DNA of 64,000 nucleotides from Eledone cirrhosa (Eukaryota). Positions 1-12,728 of the stretch are shown here, piece after piece (positions within the stretch are counted from its first letter, which is position 1; each line of letters begins with the position of its first letter). The position numbers were made by a program, and so were the translations under genes. The notes beneath the pieces are model-generated. The model saw only the letters and a program-made list of their open reading frames with translations. It did not search any database and was not told the DNA's origin. The stretch lies in contig OZ024743.1 in assembly GCA_964016885.1 (NCBI GenBank), positions 10,478,001 through 10,542,000 of the forward strand, given 5' to 3'.

Positions 1-1531
1 ATAATGAACAAGAGCGGGCTGAGGACCGAACCTTGATGTACTCCTACTTGTATCTGGAATTTCTCACTAAACTCCATTCCTACCCTGACTTTACTGAGAG
101 TACCTCTGTACAAAGTTTGCACTGTCCTCACAAGCCATTCCTCAACACCTAGTTTCCTTAGGGACCACCAGATGACAGATCGGGGTACCCTATCAAAGGC
201 CTTCTCTAGGTCAACAAAGGCTAAGTATAGTGGCTTATTTTTCTCTAAGAACCTCTCTTGGAATTGTCTCACCAAGGAGAGGGCATCTGTTGTACTCTTC
301 CCAGGCACAAAAACAAACTGCATCTCATCTAGTTTGACCCTTTCTCTAATTAGTTGTGCTAATATCCTTTCTGCCACTTTCTGATCCATCAGTTTTATAC
401 CCCTATAATTGCTCCTCTCCAGAGCATCCCCTTTACCTTTGTAGCAATTTATGAGAATACTGCTGCACCAGTCTTTGGGTATGACACCACCATATATAGC
501 CTGATTGATGATGCGTGAAACCAGTTTAGTGCCTACGTCCCCTGATGCCTTCAGCATCTCACCAACTATTCCCGATGGTCCAGCAGCCTTACCATTTTTC
601 ATTTCCTTAATCACCTCTTGGACCCTATATTCTTGAATCTCAATAGCTGGTCCCTCTGTTGGATCTACTAAGGGTAATTTCTCTCTCTCCCATTCGTTCT
701 CCACATTCATTAGTCTCTCATAATGACATTTCCAGGCCTCCTTTTTCTGATCATTCATGACACTAAGTACACTGGCATCATTCCGGACACATTTATCTCC
801 AACAACATCCTGATTTGCATTGACACACTGCTTTGCAATGTGGAACACCGCACGCCTCTGATCTTCCCGTCGCAGAACATTGGCAAACCTCCTACTCTCA
901 ACCTCCCTGCGTGCTAAGTACACCTGACGTCTAGCTTCTCTCTTAGCGGCTGTATATTCTTCCCTACTCCCACCCTTTTTCCAAGCCTTCCATGCTAGTC
1001 TTTTGTCTCTAATGGCTTTATCTACTGTGTGGTTCCACCACCAGGTCACTCTCTGTCTGGTTGGAGCTCTGCTCCAGCCACAAGTTTCATCAGTAGCCTG
1101 CAGTAAGTTGTCACATAAGAAATTCCAGTTATTATCTATGTCATACGTCTCTAAATCGTCTTCTTTTTCGTCATATACATCTTGAAGGGCTTTCCTAAAT
1201 TTGTATTTTAGTGAAAGGTCTTTTAGCTTCCAGGCCTTTCTTCTCCACACTTTCCTGTATGTCTCATTCCATCTCTTGCTTACTGAGATATCACTAACGA
1301 CTAACCTATGCTGTGGGGTACATTCTTCCCCAGGGTATGCCTTGGTATTAGACACTATCTGCCTGTCCCACTGCCTAACTAGTAAGAAGTCAATCTGGCT
1401 TATGTGCTCGCCAGCTTTGTAGGTTATTACGTGATTGGCAGGTTTCTGGAAGTTTATGTTGCAAATAGTCAGTGTGGAAGTTTGTGTTGCAAATAGTCAG
1501 TGTGGAAGTTTGTGTTGCAAATAGTCAGTGT
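1..1531 (-). mobile_element. RTE-clade LINE fragment (end of endonuclease through RT), divergent from families A/B; runs off the window start
   Basis: The minus strand translates to [41 protein letters not shown] and PGEECTPQHRL. Frameshifts are present. The 5' end is truncated into (TA)n. Confidence 0.9.
1448..1531. repeat. 3 x 28-bp tandem duplication at the LINE 5' truncation junction
   Basis: ggaagttt(a/g)tgttgcaaatagtcagtgt at 1448, 1476 and 1504, followed by (TA)n. Confidence 0.9.
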
Positions 1532-1593
1532 ATATATATATAGTATATATATATAGTATATATATATATATATAATTTAAATTATATATGTAT

Positions 1594-1633
1594 ATCATCA
1601 TCATCATCATCGTTTAACGTTCCATCTTCCACC
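1594..1633 (-). mobile_element. Extreme 3' tip of an RTE element
   Basis: (CAT)n-cgtttaacgttccatcttccac matches the reverse complement of the RTE 3' terminus. Confidence 0.7.
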
Positions 1634-1730
1634 CTTCCTGACTTGACCACTGCCACCTCACAGTTCTCAACCATTTTGAATTCCTGTTTGGCGGGGGCCA
1701 CTTTGGAAAATAATATGTCCTAGCGAGTTT

Positions 1731-1809
1731 GTCCCCTGAAGAGCTCTAAAACTCGAGTATTATCCTTAATAAGATATCTCAAAAGTGAACGAAACCCATG
1801 GGTCAGGAT
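1731..1809 (+). ncRNA. Type I hammerhead ribozyme motif with palindromic stem III, probably from a Penelope-like terminal repeat
   Basis: gtccc-CTGAAGA(1736)-long stem II-GAAA(1791)-cccatggg-TC-aggat. GUC cleavage triplet at 1802-1804. One mismatch each in stems I and II. Confidence 0.6.
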
Positions 1810-2109
1810 TTAGTGATGTAATCCTGGTATGTATATAAGCATTTCTAACATTAATTTTTACCTAATTATGTATGGTTGACCGTATATTTAATTAATTTCC
1901 ACGTGCTGTTGAAATGTTGGATAAATATTCTATAGCGGTTGCACGCGAAGATGCCGCAATGGCGTATTTATTTACTGTTTCTTCATAGATGCCTTTTATT
2001 CTTATAGCCTGGTCTAATTGATTTTTTGTGTGGTTAATTATGCTGATTGGGAGTAGAGATGATGTATATATATTATCAAATAATTCTCTGGACATATATA
2101 GTATATATA

Positions 2110-3451
2110 TCATCATCATCATCATCATCATCAACGTTTAATGTCCGTGTTCCACGCTTGCATGGGTTTGGATGGGGGTTTTCCCACTTGAGGCAAGAGT
2201 GATTGTCTTGCTCGCATCGGACTGTCTGGCAGGTTTTCTACAGTTGGATGCCCTTCCTAACACCAACCACATTTACAGTGTGGGTCTGGGAGGTTTTTAC
2301 CGTGTTGCCTACACGGCCACATTACAGCGTGGACTGTGTGTTTTTTTGTCGTGACACTTACACGATCTCATTTGTTTCGGCCTGGATGGTGTGGCACCAA
2401 CATAACTTTACATAGAAGGGGGCGGTGTGGATGGGGTGGGGGTGGTGGGACGGGGGTGTATTTTGTTAGAGATGCCTACTGACTGTAGTAGGTTTTACTA
2501 TGTATTTAGGTAAGGCGGGTCTTCTCTATTACTGAGTACCGCCAAAGGTCTCGGTCCAGTGACATTGTCTTGAAGTGCGTGAGGTCGGAGTTTATCAGCT
2601 CGTCCCAGGTTTTTCTAGGTCTGCCTATTCCGTGGCTACCGTCTATCTTTATTGCCCTGCACTTTGTTATACAGCTATCGACTTTCATGCGCATCACGTG
2701 TCCATACCAACGTAGCCTTCTCTCGAGTAAACAACATCTGATCCCTCTTATTTCTAATTTTTTCCTTAGTTCGTTTATGCTTTGCCGTTCACGTATATTA
2801 CTATTACACATCCAGCGGAGCATGCAAGCTTCATTCCTCTCTAGTCTGCATATATCCTCTGCACACAATGCCCAGGTCTCACTGCCATGCAACATTGCTG
2901 TTTGTATGCAGGCATCATACAACCTGCCTTTCATTTTTAGGGAGAACCCTTTAGCGGCTAATAGTGGTATAAGCTCTCTGAACTTTTTCCATCCAGTTCT
3001 GACTCTAGCTACTGTACTTTCAGAACACCCTACCCCACTGCTGATTTTGTCACCCAGGTAACGGAAGCTGTCCACTATTTCTATAGAGCCCTCTGCGCTG
3101 TTGAAAGAGCTAGTATTTTGTGAGCACTTGCTGCTACTTATTGCACCAGAGCACCGGCCACATGTAAAATCTATGTTCTTAGTTAGCTTACCTGTGATCC
3201 CACTACATCTTTTATGCACCCATACTTTGCATTTCTGACACAAAATGGAGTTTCTACCTATGCCTTTCCTACACACTGAGCATGGCCACTTCCCGGAAGG
3301 GACCGCCGCCTTATTTCCTTTCTTACAAACTAGAACTTTGGTCTTAGCCAGGTTAATTTTAAGGCCTTTTGATTTTAGGCCGTGCTTCCATGTTTGGAAT
3401 TTCTTCTCTAGCTCGGCCATTGATTCAGCTATGAGTGTTAGGTCGTCTGCG
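2110..3451 (-). mobile_element. RTE family A, 5'-truncated copy (from YADD through the 3' UTR and (GAT)n tail)
   Basis: ORF 2506-3420 encodes the RT C-terminus and PHD finger. The 3' UTR matches other A copies. TA-rich flanks. Confidence 0.95.
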
Positions 3452-3621
3452 TATATATATATATATGTATATATTTATATATATATATATGTATATATTT
3501 ATATATATATATATACATATATATCTATATATATATAAAAAAATATCTATATATATATACATATATATCTATATATATATACATATATATCTATATATAT
3601 ATTTATATATACACACATATA

Positions 3622-3663
<42 letters not shown>

Positions 3664-3680
3664 TATATACACGTGTATAT
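3452..3680. repeat. Compound (TA)n microsatellite between two divergent RTE copies
   Basis: Directly visible in the sequence. Confidence 0.95.
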
Positions 3681-6043
3681 AAGACTATCAAGTGGCCAGG
3701 AGGGAAGCTAGGAGACAAGTGTACTTCGCAAGAAGGGAAGCAGAGGAAAGAATGTTCAAGCATGTTCTACAACGTGAGGACCAAAAACGTGAGGTGTTCA
3801 GGATTGCTAGGCAATGTGTCAAGGAAAACAGTGATATTGTCGGGGAGAAGTGTGTACTTAACGATGACGGCGTACTTGCCATCACCGACGCCGATAAGAA
3901 GGTAGCTTGGAAGTGTCACTATGAAAGGCTACTAAATGAGGAGAATAAATGGGAGAAAGACAGTCTCCCCCACATAGACCCAATAGAGGGACCAGCAGTG
4001 TTAGTCGAGGGTAGTATAATAAGTAAGGCAATCAAAGATATGAAGACAGGCAAGGCGGCTGGGCCTTTGGAAATAGTTGCCGAGATGCTGAAGGCATCTG
4101 GTACGGTGGGACACACCATGGTCACCCGGATAGTCAACCAAGTCATACAGAATGGGGTTGTTCCGAAGGACTGGCGTAGCAGCATTATCGTTAACTGTTA
4201 TAAGGGTAAAGGAGATGCCCTAGATAGGAGTAACTATAGAGGCATTAAATTAATTGACCAGGTCATGAAGGTCACGGAAAAAGTAATAGCGCAACTAATC
4301 AGAGAGCGAATTGATCTAGATGAAATGCAGTTCGGGTTTGTGTCAGGAAAAAGTACCACAGACGCTCTTTTCATTGTACGACAACTACAGGAGAAGTACC
4401 TAGCTAAAAGTAAACCCCTATACTTAGCTTTCGTCGACTTGGAGAAGGCCTTCGACAGAGTCCCCCGTTCCATTATCTGGTGGGCTCTTAGAAAACTAGG
4501 TGTTGATGAATGGCTTGTGAGAGCTATACAAGCCATGTATAAAGAAACAGTCAGCAAGGTTAGAATTAACAACGAATATAGTGAAGAGTTTAGTGTAAAA
4601 GTTGGTGTTCATCAGGGCTCTGTTCTTAGCCCCCTGCTATTTATTATTGCCCTCCAGGCTATAACAGTGGAGTTCAAGACCGGCTGCCCATGGGAACTCC
4701 TATACGCAGATGATCTAACGCTCATAGCTGAATCAATGGCCGAGCTAGAGAAGAAATTCCAAACATGGAAGCACGGCCTAGAATCAAAAGGCCTTAAAAT
4801 TAACCTGGCTAAGACTAAAGTTCCAGTTTGTAAGAAAGAAAATAAGGCGGCGGTCCCCTCCGGGAAGTGGCCATGTGCAGAGTGTAGGAAAGGCGTAGGT
4901 AGAAATTCCATTTTGTGTCCCAAATGCAAAGTTTGGGTGCATAAAAGATGTAGTGGGATCACAGGTAAGCTAACTAAGAACATAGATTTTACATGTGGCC
5001 GGTGTTCTGGGGCAATAAGTAGCAGCAAGTGCCCACAAAATACTAGCTCTTTCAACTGCGCAGAGGGTTCTATAGAAATAGTGGACAGCTTCCGTTACCT
5101 GGGTGACAAAATCAGCAGTGGGGGAGGGTGCTCTGAAAGTACAGTAGCTAGAGTCAGAACTGGGTGGAAAAAGTTCAGAGAGCTTATACCACTATTAGCC
5201 GCTAAAGGGTTCTCCCTAAAAATGAAAGGCAGGCTGTACGATGCCTGCATACGAACAGCAATGTTGCATGGCAGTGAGACCTGGGCATTGTGTGCAGAGG
5301 ATATACGCAGACTAGAGAGAAACGAAGCTTGCATGCTCCGCTGGATGTGTAATAGTAATATACGTGAACAACAAAGCATAAACGAACTAAGGAAAAAATT
5401 AGAAATAAGAGGGATCAGATGTTGTTTACTAGAGAGAAGGCTACGTTGGTATGGTCACGTGATGCGCATGAAGGACGATAGCTGTATAACAAAGTGCAGG
5501 GCAATAAAGATAGACGGTAGCCACGGAATAGGCAGACCCCGAAAAACCTGGGACGAGCTGATAAACTCCGACCTCACACACTTACACCTCACCAAGACAA
5601 TGTCACTGGACCGAGACCTTTGGCGGTACTCAGTAATAGAGAAGACCCGCCTTACCTAAATACAAAGTAAAACCTACTACAGTCAGTAGGCATCTCTAAC
5701 AAAATACACCCCCGTCCCACCACCCCCACCCCATCCACACCGCCGCCTTCTATGTAAAGTTATGTTGGTGCCACACCATCCAGGCCGAAACAAATGAGAT
5801 CGTGTAGGTGTCACGACAAAAAAACACACAGTCCACGCTGTAATGTGGCCGTGTAGGCAACACGGTAAAAACCTCCCAGACCCACACTGTAAATGTGGTT
5901 GGTGTTAGGAAGGGCATCCAACTGTAGAAAACCTGCCAGACAGTCCTATGCGAGCAAGACAATCACTCTTGCCTCAAGTGGGAAAACCCCCGTCCAAACC
6001 CATGCAAGCGTGGAACACGGACGTTAAACGTTGATGATGATGA
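3681..6043 (+). mobile_element. RTE family A, 5'-truncated copy
   Basis: Uninterrupted RT ORF, ~370-nt 3' UTR, (GAT)n tail running into (TA)n. Confidence 0.95.
3692..5659 (+). CDS. RTE reverse transcriptase with inserted PHD finger (5'-truncated, no endonuclease)
   Basis: Motifs [57 protein letters not shown]. Confidence 0.85.
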   Translation: MARREARRQVYFARREAEERMFKHVLQREDQKREVFRIARQCVKENSDIVGEKCVLNDDGVLAITDADKKVAWKCHYERLLNEENKWEKDSLPHIDPIEGPAVLVEGSIISKAIKDMKTGKAAGPLEIVAEMLKASGTVGHTMVTRIVNQVIQNGVVPKDWRSSIIVNCYKGKGDALDRSNYRGIKLIDQVMKVTEKVIAQLIRERIDLDEMQFGFVSGKSTTDALFIVRQLQEKYLAKSKPLYLAFVDLEKAFDRVPRSIIWWALRKLGVDEWLVRAIQAMYKETVSKVRINNEYSEEFSVKVGVHQGSVLSPLLFIIALQAITVEFKTGCPWELLYADDLTLIAESMAELEKKFQTWKHGLESKGLKINLAKTKVPVCKKENKAAVPSGKWPCAECRKGVGRNSILCPKCKVWVHKRCSGITGKLTKNIDFTCGRCSGAISSSKCPQNTSSFNCAEGSIEIVDSFRYLGDKISSGGGCSESTVARVRTGWKKFRELIPLLAAKGFSLKMKGRLYDACIRTAMLHGSETWALCAEDIRRLERNEACMLRWMCNSNIREQQSINELRKKLEIRGIRCCLLERRLRWYGHVMRMKDDSCITKCRAIKIDGSHGIGRPRKTWDELINSDLTHLHLTKTMSLDRDLWRYSVIEKTRLT

Positions 6044-6091
6044 TATATATATATAATTTAAACTGAATTTTCGTTTATCCTCTGACTAAAT

Positions 6092-6284
6092 AATAATTGT
6101 TTCTACTTTTGGCACAAGGCCAGCAATTATCTCAATGTATTACTGGTACTTTATTTTATCGACCCCGTAAGGATGAAAGGCAAAGTTAACCTCAACGGGA
6201 TTTGAACTCAGATCATAAAGGGCCGTAACTCTTTGTGCAAAGCATGGCGTCCAACCCTCTACCGATACTGCCAATCCACCGCCC
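6092..6284 (-). mobile_element. tRNA-derived SINE with Nin/Deu-type central domain
   Basis: Minus strand shows A box tggcagtatcgg, B box gttcaaatcc, gcctttcatccttacggggtcgataaaataaagtaccag and an (ATT)n tail. ctaaataataat occurs at both ends. Confidence 0.85.
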
Positions 6285-9200
6285 TAAATAATAATAAAAA
6301 CTATTTCGTCTTATCTATCTATCTACCTATGTTTGACTTCATCTTTTACAGGATATATTGATCTGAAAATTATTGCTTTATTGTTTGGATGACAATTTTT
6401 AAGAAATGTCAAAAAAGTATCAATCTGTTCTTTATTGAGCAAAATATTTCTAAATTGAACAATGATTTAAATTTTGAAAAAATTCTATTGTTATTAACTA
6501 AGTTATGTACCATTTGGGAAAACCCTAACATTATAGAACTTTCAAGCATTCACTAATGCTTTTAATAACAAGAAAAAAATATATATTGAACCATTCAAAT
6601 TAGATTTTGTCTTGTCATTCACAGTCATTCTGCTGCAAGGCTCTAGAGACGAAAATCTTGAATCAAACAAAATTATCCATTCGTTCGTTTTCAGAAATAT
6701 TTTAATAATTTTAATCTATTACTTTCAATTGTTAAAGCTTGTGTTTGGTTCTGTTGAGTTTGTCAATAAAGTAAGATAAGTTATTCAGTTCACTTTTTGC
6801 TTAACATAACCAAAATTTTATTATAGCAGATTGAAAGCAAGAAGCCAGTAATGTATTTGCTAAACCTCTGATTTAATAATATTACATACGTCAGTATAAA
6901 GTTCAATTCTAGCAGTGTAATTTAACAAGGCCATACTTCAATTCAGGAAAATTGACATTTTTCTTAAAGGGTTATAAAATAATGTTAAATATTAATATTT
7001 TCTTAGATGTATAACTTAACTACTATTTTTATCACAGCTATTATTTCTTTTTAAATTGCTGCAAATATTCCTTGCCTGTCTTTTCATACAATATGGCTTT
7101 TAGCTGTTATTCTTTCGTCTATTTTCAAGTCCTCTTTGTTGACTTATACTGCTTAAATTGTCAAGTTTCTTCAAACGTTTTACAATATTTCCATAAGCTA
7201 TTCAAGATATCAGTATATTTTCATTAAAAATAAGTCATACAAAATATGTTTTTCAGCATTTGATTTATATTTTTGACACAATTTTCTTTATGGTTTTCAT
7301 TACATTGTTGTTATATTTCATAAAATTAGTCGTCACTTTTGAGAATTGATGTTAGCAATTGATTATTTGCAAATCCTATTGCCTTACAACCACCACCCCA
7401 AACATGATTCAGCAAAATCCATCCTTCTTTCAAAACGATCCAGCTCTGTCTGAATTTGTTAAGTATTTTGAGATATTATTCTAACGTTTGTTGAAGTAAA
7501 TTGCACTAGAGGCTCAAACTTACATGAGGTTACTTGATGTAAAATCACGTTAATTTTAAACATTTTGGAAACTTGCATATAAACTCATTTTCATTCTATA
7601 ATTGAAAACAACTCTAGAAAGATTTGCACATAGATATGTTAACAATCAAAAAAGGCAAAAGAAAACAAAATAATAGTGTTTTGTATACTTGAATGATAGG
7701 AAAGGAAACTCTTTTGTTATTAATCTACCCCAAACTGTGGTTGATTCTATGATGAAATACCATTTGTTTTAATATGCTTCTATTATACACTTTTGTGAGA
7801 ATCTTTTCTCAATAATGATAAAGATAGTTATATTACTAAATCCCCCTAACTTTCTAAGTATATTAAAAATTAATTGAAAATGATAGGTAGTATACTTCAT
7901 TAGAAATGTAGTGACAAAATGGTTTAACATTTTTTTGAATAACTAATAATTATAGATTATTTTTGGCATTCACACACAATGCCTGATATGTTTAAGCCTA
8001 TTGTTTAATAAATATATGACAATGTTTTGAGAATTTTTATTCTTTTATTATGTCCGCATAACATTTTTCTCATGAATACATTTATGACTAATGATGTTAC
8101 TAATTTTACAATTTTTGCCATAACAAAGCACTGATACAACTTTAACTTGAAAGTATGTGATCTTGTGTCTCATTTTCTGTTATTAAATGACCACTCTGTT
8201 ATTCTAAACAATAAGAAATTAACAATGTAGTTTTGTAGCAAAAAGAAAAAAAGTATAACAAGAAATAAAGTATAGAATCTATTTGTTGGAAATATAATTA
8301 TATTGAAATCATGCATATAGATTTTTTGCTATTCAATAATCGATGCAAAAGATAAAATAGGAAAAGTTTACTTTAATTCAAATTAATTATACAAATGGAT
8401 AATAAATTGTATCAGAGACTGAAGCTGTGAAAAAGTTTGAAACAAAATCAATACGATAAAGTGTCCACAACAAAAGGTGAATGGAATCAGATATAATTCA
8501 GAGAGTAAAAAGAACTCAAGATCAGTATATGTCATCAGTTGCTTTGGCCTTACACACAGGCTAGCTTTTGCACATCACTCTTTAGAATTAAGATGTCAGC
8601 CATAGATGTTGAGTTATCTGGTAAATATAACCTATTTGCTTTCGTTATCATCTTAAGAAGAGTGACCATAGTATTTATTGAATTGCAGTATAAATGGTGA
8701 TATTGTGCAGTTGACTAATTTTAGAACTGACAAATATCAGTAGGGGTTTTGTGTCAAAAGAGCAACATAACCTTCATCTAACCTTTTACAGAAGTCTTTT
8801 ATCACAAAAATAAAACTTAGCAATCATTATGAAAGTTAGTGGTTAACTGGGACTTTTTTGAATATTAATTACTTTTTGCCTGTTGTAGTTGCTATTGTTG
8901 TTATTGATTTACCTCCAGTCTATTGTATAGATATAATCTTAGTTATTCTTCAGATATACTAAAGTTGTTAGTTCATTTTTTTTTTTCTTTCTAACAGTTC
9001 AGTGTATCTCTTCCCCTTATGAATTAAAATGTCAACAATGGTTTGGGAAGCTTGACTTTTTTGATCTCTCCCAAATGGTCCTCATAGATATGTGAAGGCA
9101 CATAAAATACATTTATATACCTATCATTCACTCTCTTATATTTATAAGATAATGCAAAACTAAAAGAAGAATCCTAAGTTTACTATTTCCATGCATTGTG

Positions 9201-10049
9201 TTTTTGGTGGGATAGTTTTAGCAGATGACAGTTGCATACTGTTTAGCAATTTTGTTTAACAGCTACATGCCCTTCCCATGTCTAATAATTAGTTGTAATG
9301 TAGAAGTAGAATAAGTGCATCAGCTGGACAGCCTCAAGCTAACAAATTTATTTGTCTACCTGAGTACAATACTAACATCTGCAGCTGTATGATTTGAACA
9401 TTCTATATTGCCTTTTTTCTTAAAGAAATATATTGCTATGATAAACATACATTAAGATTATTTTCTTTTTAGTTCAAAATTAAGAAAAATACTCCTTTTA
9501 TGCATAAACATGACCAAATGTTTATAAATTCTTAAAATGCTATTTAAAATGTTATTTAGAAAACTAGGTTTTACAATTATTTGCAGTAGCAGCTATAGAT
9601 TGTAAAACAAAGCAAAAAATGAAAAATAGAAATGATAAATATATTGATTCTAACATCATAATGAATGATGCAGAGCTACATATTCAATAAAAGAATATAC
9701 ATTTTCTGTCAGCAGAAATATACAGAATTCATGCAAAAATAATATCACACCAGAGTCTTCAGTGATATCAGTTTCTCTTTGCATAAAATGCCCAATTATT
9801 ATTTGTATGAAATAATCATTCTTATCATGTGATACGAATCAGCCAAAACCTGTAGTTGAATTAATAGTTAATAGAGTGGTGTGGTCTGTACTTTATCATA
9901 GTTGTAAACAAATCTGGGTAAAATGATAGAAATTTCTCACATAGTAAAATACAGTGTTTAAGCCATTTTCTTTTAAGATATAATATAATTATCTAAAACT
10001 GATGATAATTCATTTTGAGTAAAATAAATGTGGCTATTCCATTGGACTA

Positions 10050-10700
10050 CTTAAATGTCTTCATAAAACTACCACCAAAGTATACATTATACCTTGTAAT
10101 AGATATAGACTCTTTTGGTGCTACCAAACATTCTGGTAATTCTCTTTCATCCCTAATTCATTTTATTTTGCTTAAGTTAATAATGGAAAATATTCAACTC
10201 TGCCTCTCCTATTTACTTGAGGGCCTTCACTTCAGTCGTCTGGATTCTGTTAATTTCAGTGTAGCCTTTCTAATTTCAACAAGAATGAAACTCAGTTCTT
10301 GTATATTGGAAGAATGCCAATTCAAAATACTGCCTCCTTTCAACACAAGTTTTAAGTCAGCAGTACACTATAGCCAATAGTCAACAGATGTATTGCATTT
10401 TCTTTTTGTTTAGTACTGAGCTACAACAGCCTCTGAACTTATAAACAGAGCTACTATGTCAATCCAAATCAATTTCATGTATGGTTTTAGTCGGATCAAG
10501 AGATTTTGTCTTAGTTGTTCAGAATGTGTGTGGCACCATCAGACTTTAGTCAATTACTTAGTTTGCCTTGTGTGTAGCCCTATGAATAATTAATATAGTT
10601 ATGACTAAGTTTACTGAAAATTCAGTACTTACATAACAGCATCCAGCAGACTCTAACATACTGTTTATATAGGCAGAATAGAACTGTGCATTTGCCTCTT
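10050..10700 (-). mobile_element. Possible ancient, heavily decayed LINE
   Basis: Only weak peptide echoes (SEAVVAQ, EIRKATLKL) with many stop codons. Confidence 0.3.
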
Positions 10701-10737
10701 AGTAAACTTCAACAAATACTCTAAACAACACTTCCAA

Positions 10738-10860
10738 TCATCATCATTATCCTCATCATCTAACGTCCATTTTCCACACTATCATGGGTAGGACGGGCTG
10801 ACCCTTTGGGAGAGGATCAGGTCAGAGGACCATGTTTCACTCACCCATGGCTGATTTTGC
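10738..10860 (-). mobile_element. Old RTE/SINE 3' end
   Basis: (CAT)n-taacgtccattttccacactatcatgggtaggacggg is a degenerate version of the RTE terminus. Confidence 0.65.
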
Positions 10861-11123
10861 AATGTCTGTCTATCGTATCATAACTATAATCTTTGTTCCC
10901 TTGACCTTTTTAAATCTATATTTTGTCCCACATAAACTCATTCACTATGCTCATTTCTCCATTTCCCATCACTCACACATCCTGAAGCAATAACAATGGC
11001 AATTCTTTAAAAATTTCTTATGCTTTTTTCTTAGAACCATCAGCCTGCAATAGTTTATGTTAAATACTACCTATACTACTTGATTAAATACTACCTGTAC
11101 TACTTTATCATGTTAGACTCTAG

Positions 11124-11342
11124 TTAACCTATTAGCATTTACATTACTCTATATTTACTATTGTATTTTCACGGTAAAGACTTTATCTTACATAATTATC
11201 TCATATGATATCGAATTTATGAGATTTGGATATTATTTATTTTGAGAACAATACTTTAACATCAGTATGAGTGGCCAGTTTGAACAGAAAGAGTTGAGAA
11301 AATTCTGGCCAGATATGGCCAGTTTAAATGCTAAAGGGTTAA
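11124..11342. mobile_element. Small non-autonomous DNA transposon with TTAA-flanked TIRs (piggyBac-like MITE)
   Basis: TTAA-cctattagcattta ... taaatgctaaaggg-TTAA. Confidence 0.55.
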
Positions 11343-11994
11343 AAAGGGTTATAGAAAGCTATGGCATCTCAACATTGTTGAAGTAATAAATTTAAGAACT
11401 ATACCTTGATAACTTTTCAAAACTCAAACTATGTTACAATGTGTGTTGTACTATTACATGCTGAATTCTCCACTCTTTTGTAAACATGTTTTATCATATC
11501 TGACAGGAACTAACTAACTAACAACAATAACAATAATAGTGGTAACAACAGTAACAACAACAAGATATATGAAAACCTAAATCAACACTGACAAGATTTC
11601 AACTTGAGATCATAAAATTACCAAATCTGGTGCTCTATCACTCAGCTCTAAAGATGATGTATTTTCATTTGAAATATTCTATTTAAAATGTTACTATTAA
11701 TTCTTTTATCCTATTTACCAAACTCATGCCATGAAAGATGTCAAAACAATGAAATATGTAGAAGCATTTCATTTACAGAGAATTTCTTTACAAAAACCAA
11801 TTCTTAAAATTGTCATAAAAGCTAAACAAAAAATTTCAATGTTTGTTTACATTTTTCCCTAGCTTTACTTAAACTATTAATTCCTTTTTAAGATTAAAAC
11901 AATTTTTTTATAGCATTCATAAATTATTTTGCCTTACTTCTACGACCTACTATAAAAATCCTGGTATATTTATTAATTCATTATCATTATTTAT

Positions 11995-12009
11995 CAATAT
12001 ATATAAACG

Positions 12010-12050
<41 letters not shown>

Positions 12051-12193
12051 GTACATATGTGTATGTATGTGTGTGTGTGTGTGTAGGAATACATGTATGC
12101 ATATATAAGCCTACATGTTACATACACAGACACACACTCATATATATATACATACAAACACACACACATATGTATATATAATATATATATATT

Positions 12194-12225
<32 letters not shown>

Positions 12226-12293
12226 ATTATGTATATATTTATATATATGTATATATTTATATATATGTATATATTTATATATATACATATATA
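11995..12293. repeat. Compound (TA)n/(CA)n microsatellite
   Basis: Directly visible in the sequence. Confidence 0.95.
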
Positions 12294-12693
12294 TTACCCA
12301 ATTACACCTCTCAAAGACAATGACACACGACCGTGACTTCTGGCGTCATGCAGTAATACAGAGTACCCGACCTCCCATGGGTACAAGCTGAAGCATATAG
12401 ACAATATGCCCCCACACCCCCCACCGCAAGGTCGTCGTGGAGGTGCCACGGAAAAAAGCACCCAGCCCACACTGTAAAGTGGACGTGTAGGCGCCACGGA
12501 AAAAGTACCCAGCACTCACTGTAAATGAGGTTGGTGTTAGGAAGGGCATCCAGCTGTAGAAACCAAGCCAAATCAGTTCCTGTATGAGCAAGGCATGGTC
12601 AGCCGACCAGACACTGCCCACAACAGGACAACCCGTCTAACCCATGCTAGCGTGGAAGAACGGACGTAAAACAGTGATGATGATGATGATGAT
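12294..12693 (+). mobile_element. RTE family B 3' fragment
   Basis: Matches 27443-27842, has a (GAT)n tail and TA flanks. Confidence 0.92.
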
Positions 12694-12728
12694 ATAAATA
12701 AATATATATATATATATATATATACATA

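Noticed and set aside
2418-2458. G-quadruplex-like G-runs near the 3' UTR start
   Set aside because: The G-rich strand is antisense to the element RNA, and run lengths are not conserved between families.
2110-6043. Divergent RTE pair interpreted as a twin-priming inversion or LTR/TIR structure
   Set aside because: Both copies have their own 3' tails and overlapping content with different substitutions, so they are independent insertions into one TA tract.
1565-6062. TATATAATTTAAA at both ~1570 and ~6050 as a possible TSD around a composite insertion
   Set aside because: A low-complexity AT match that could easily arise by chance.
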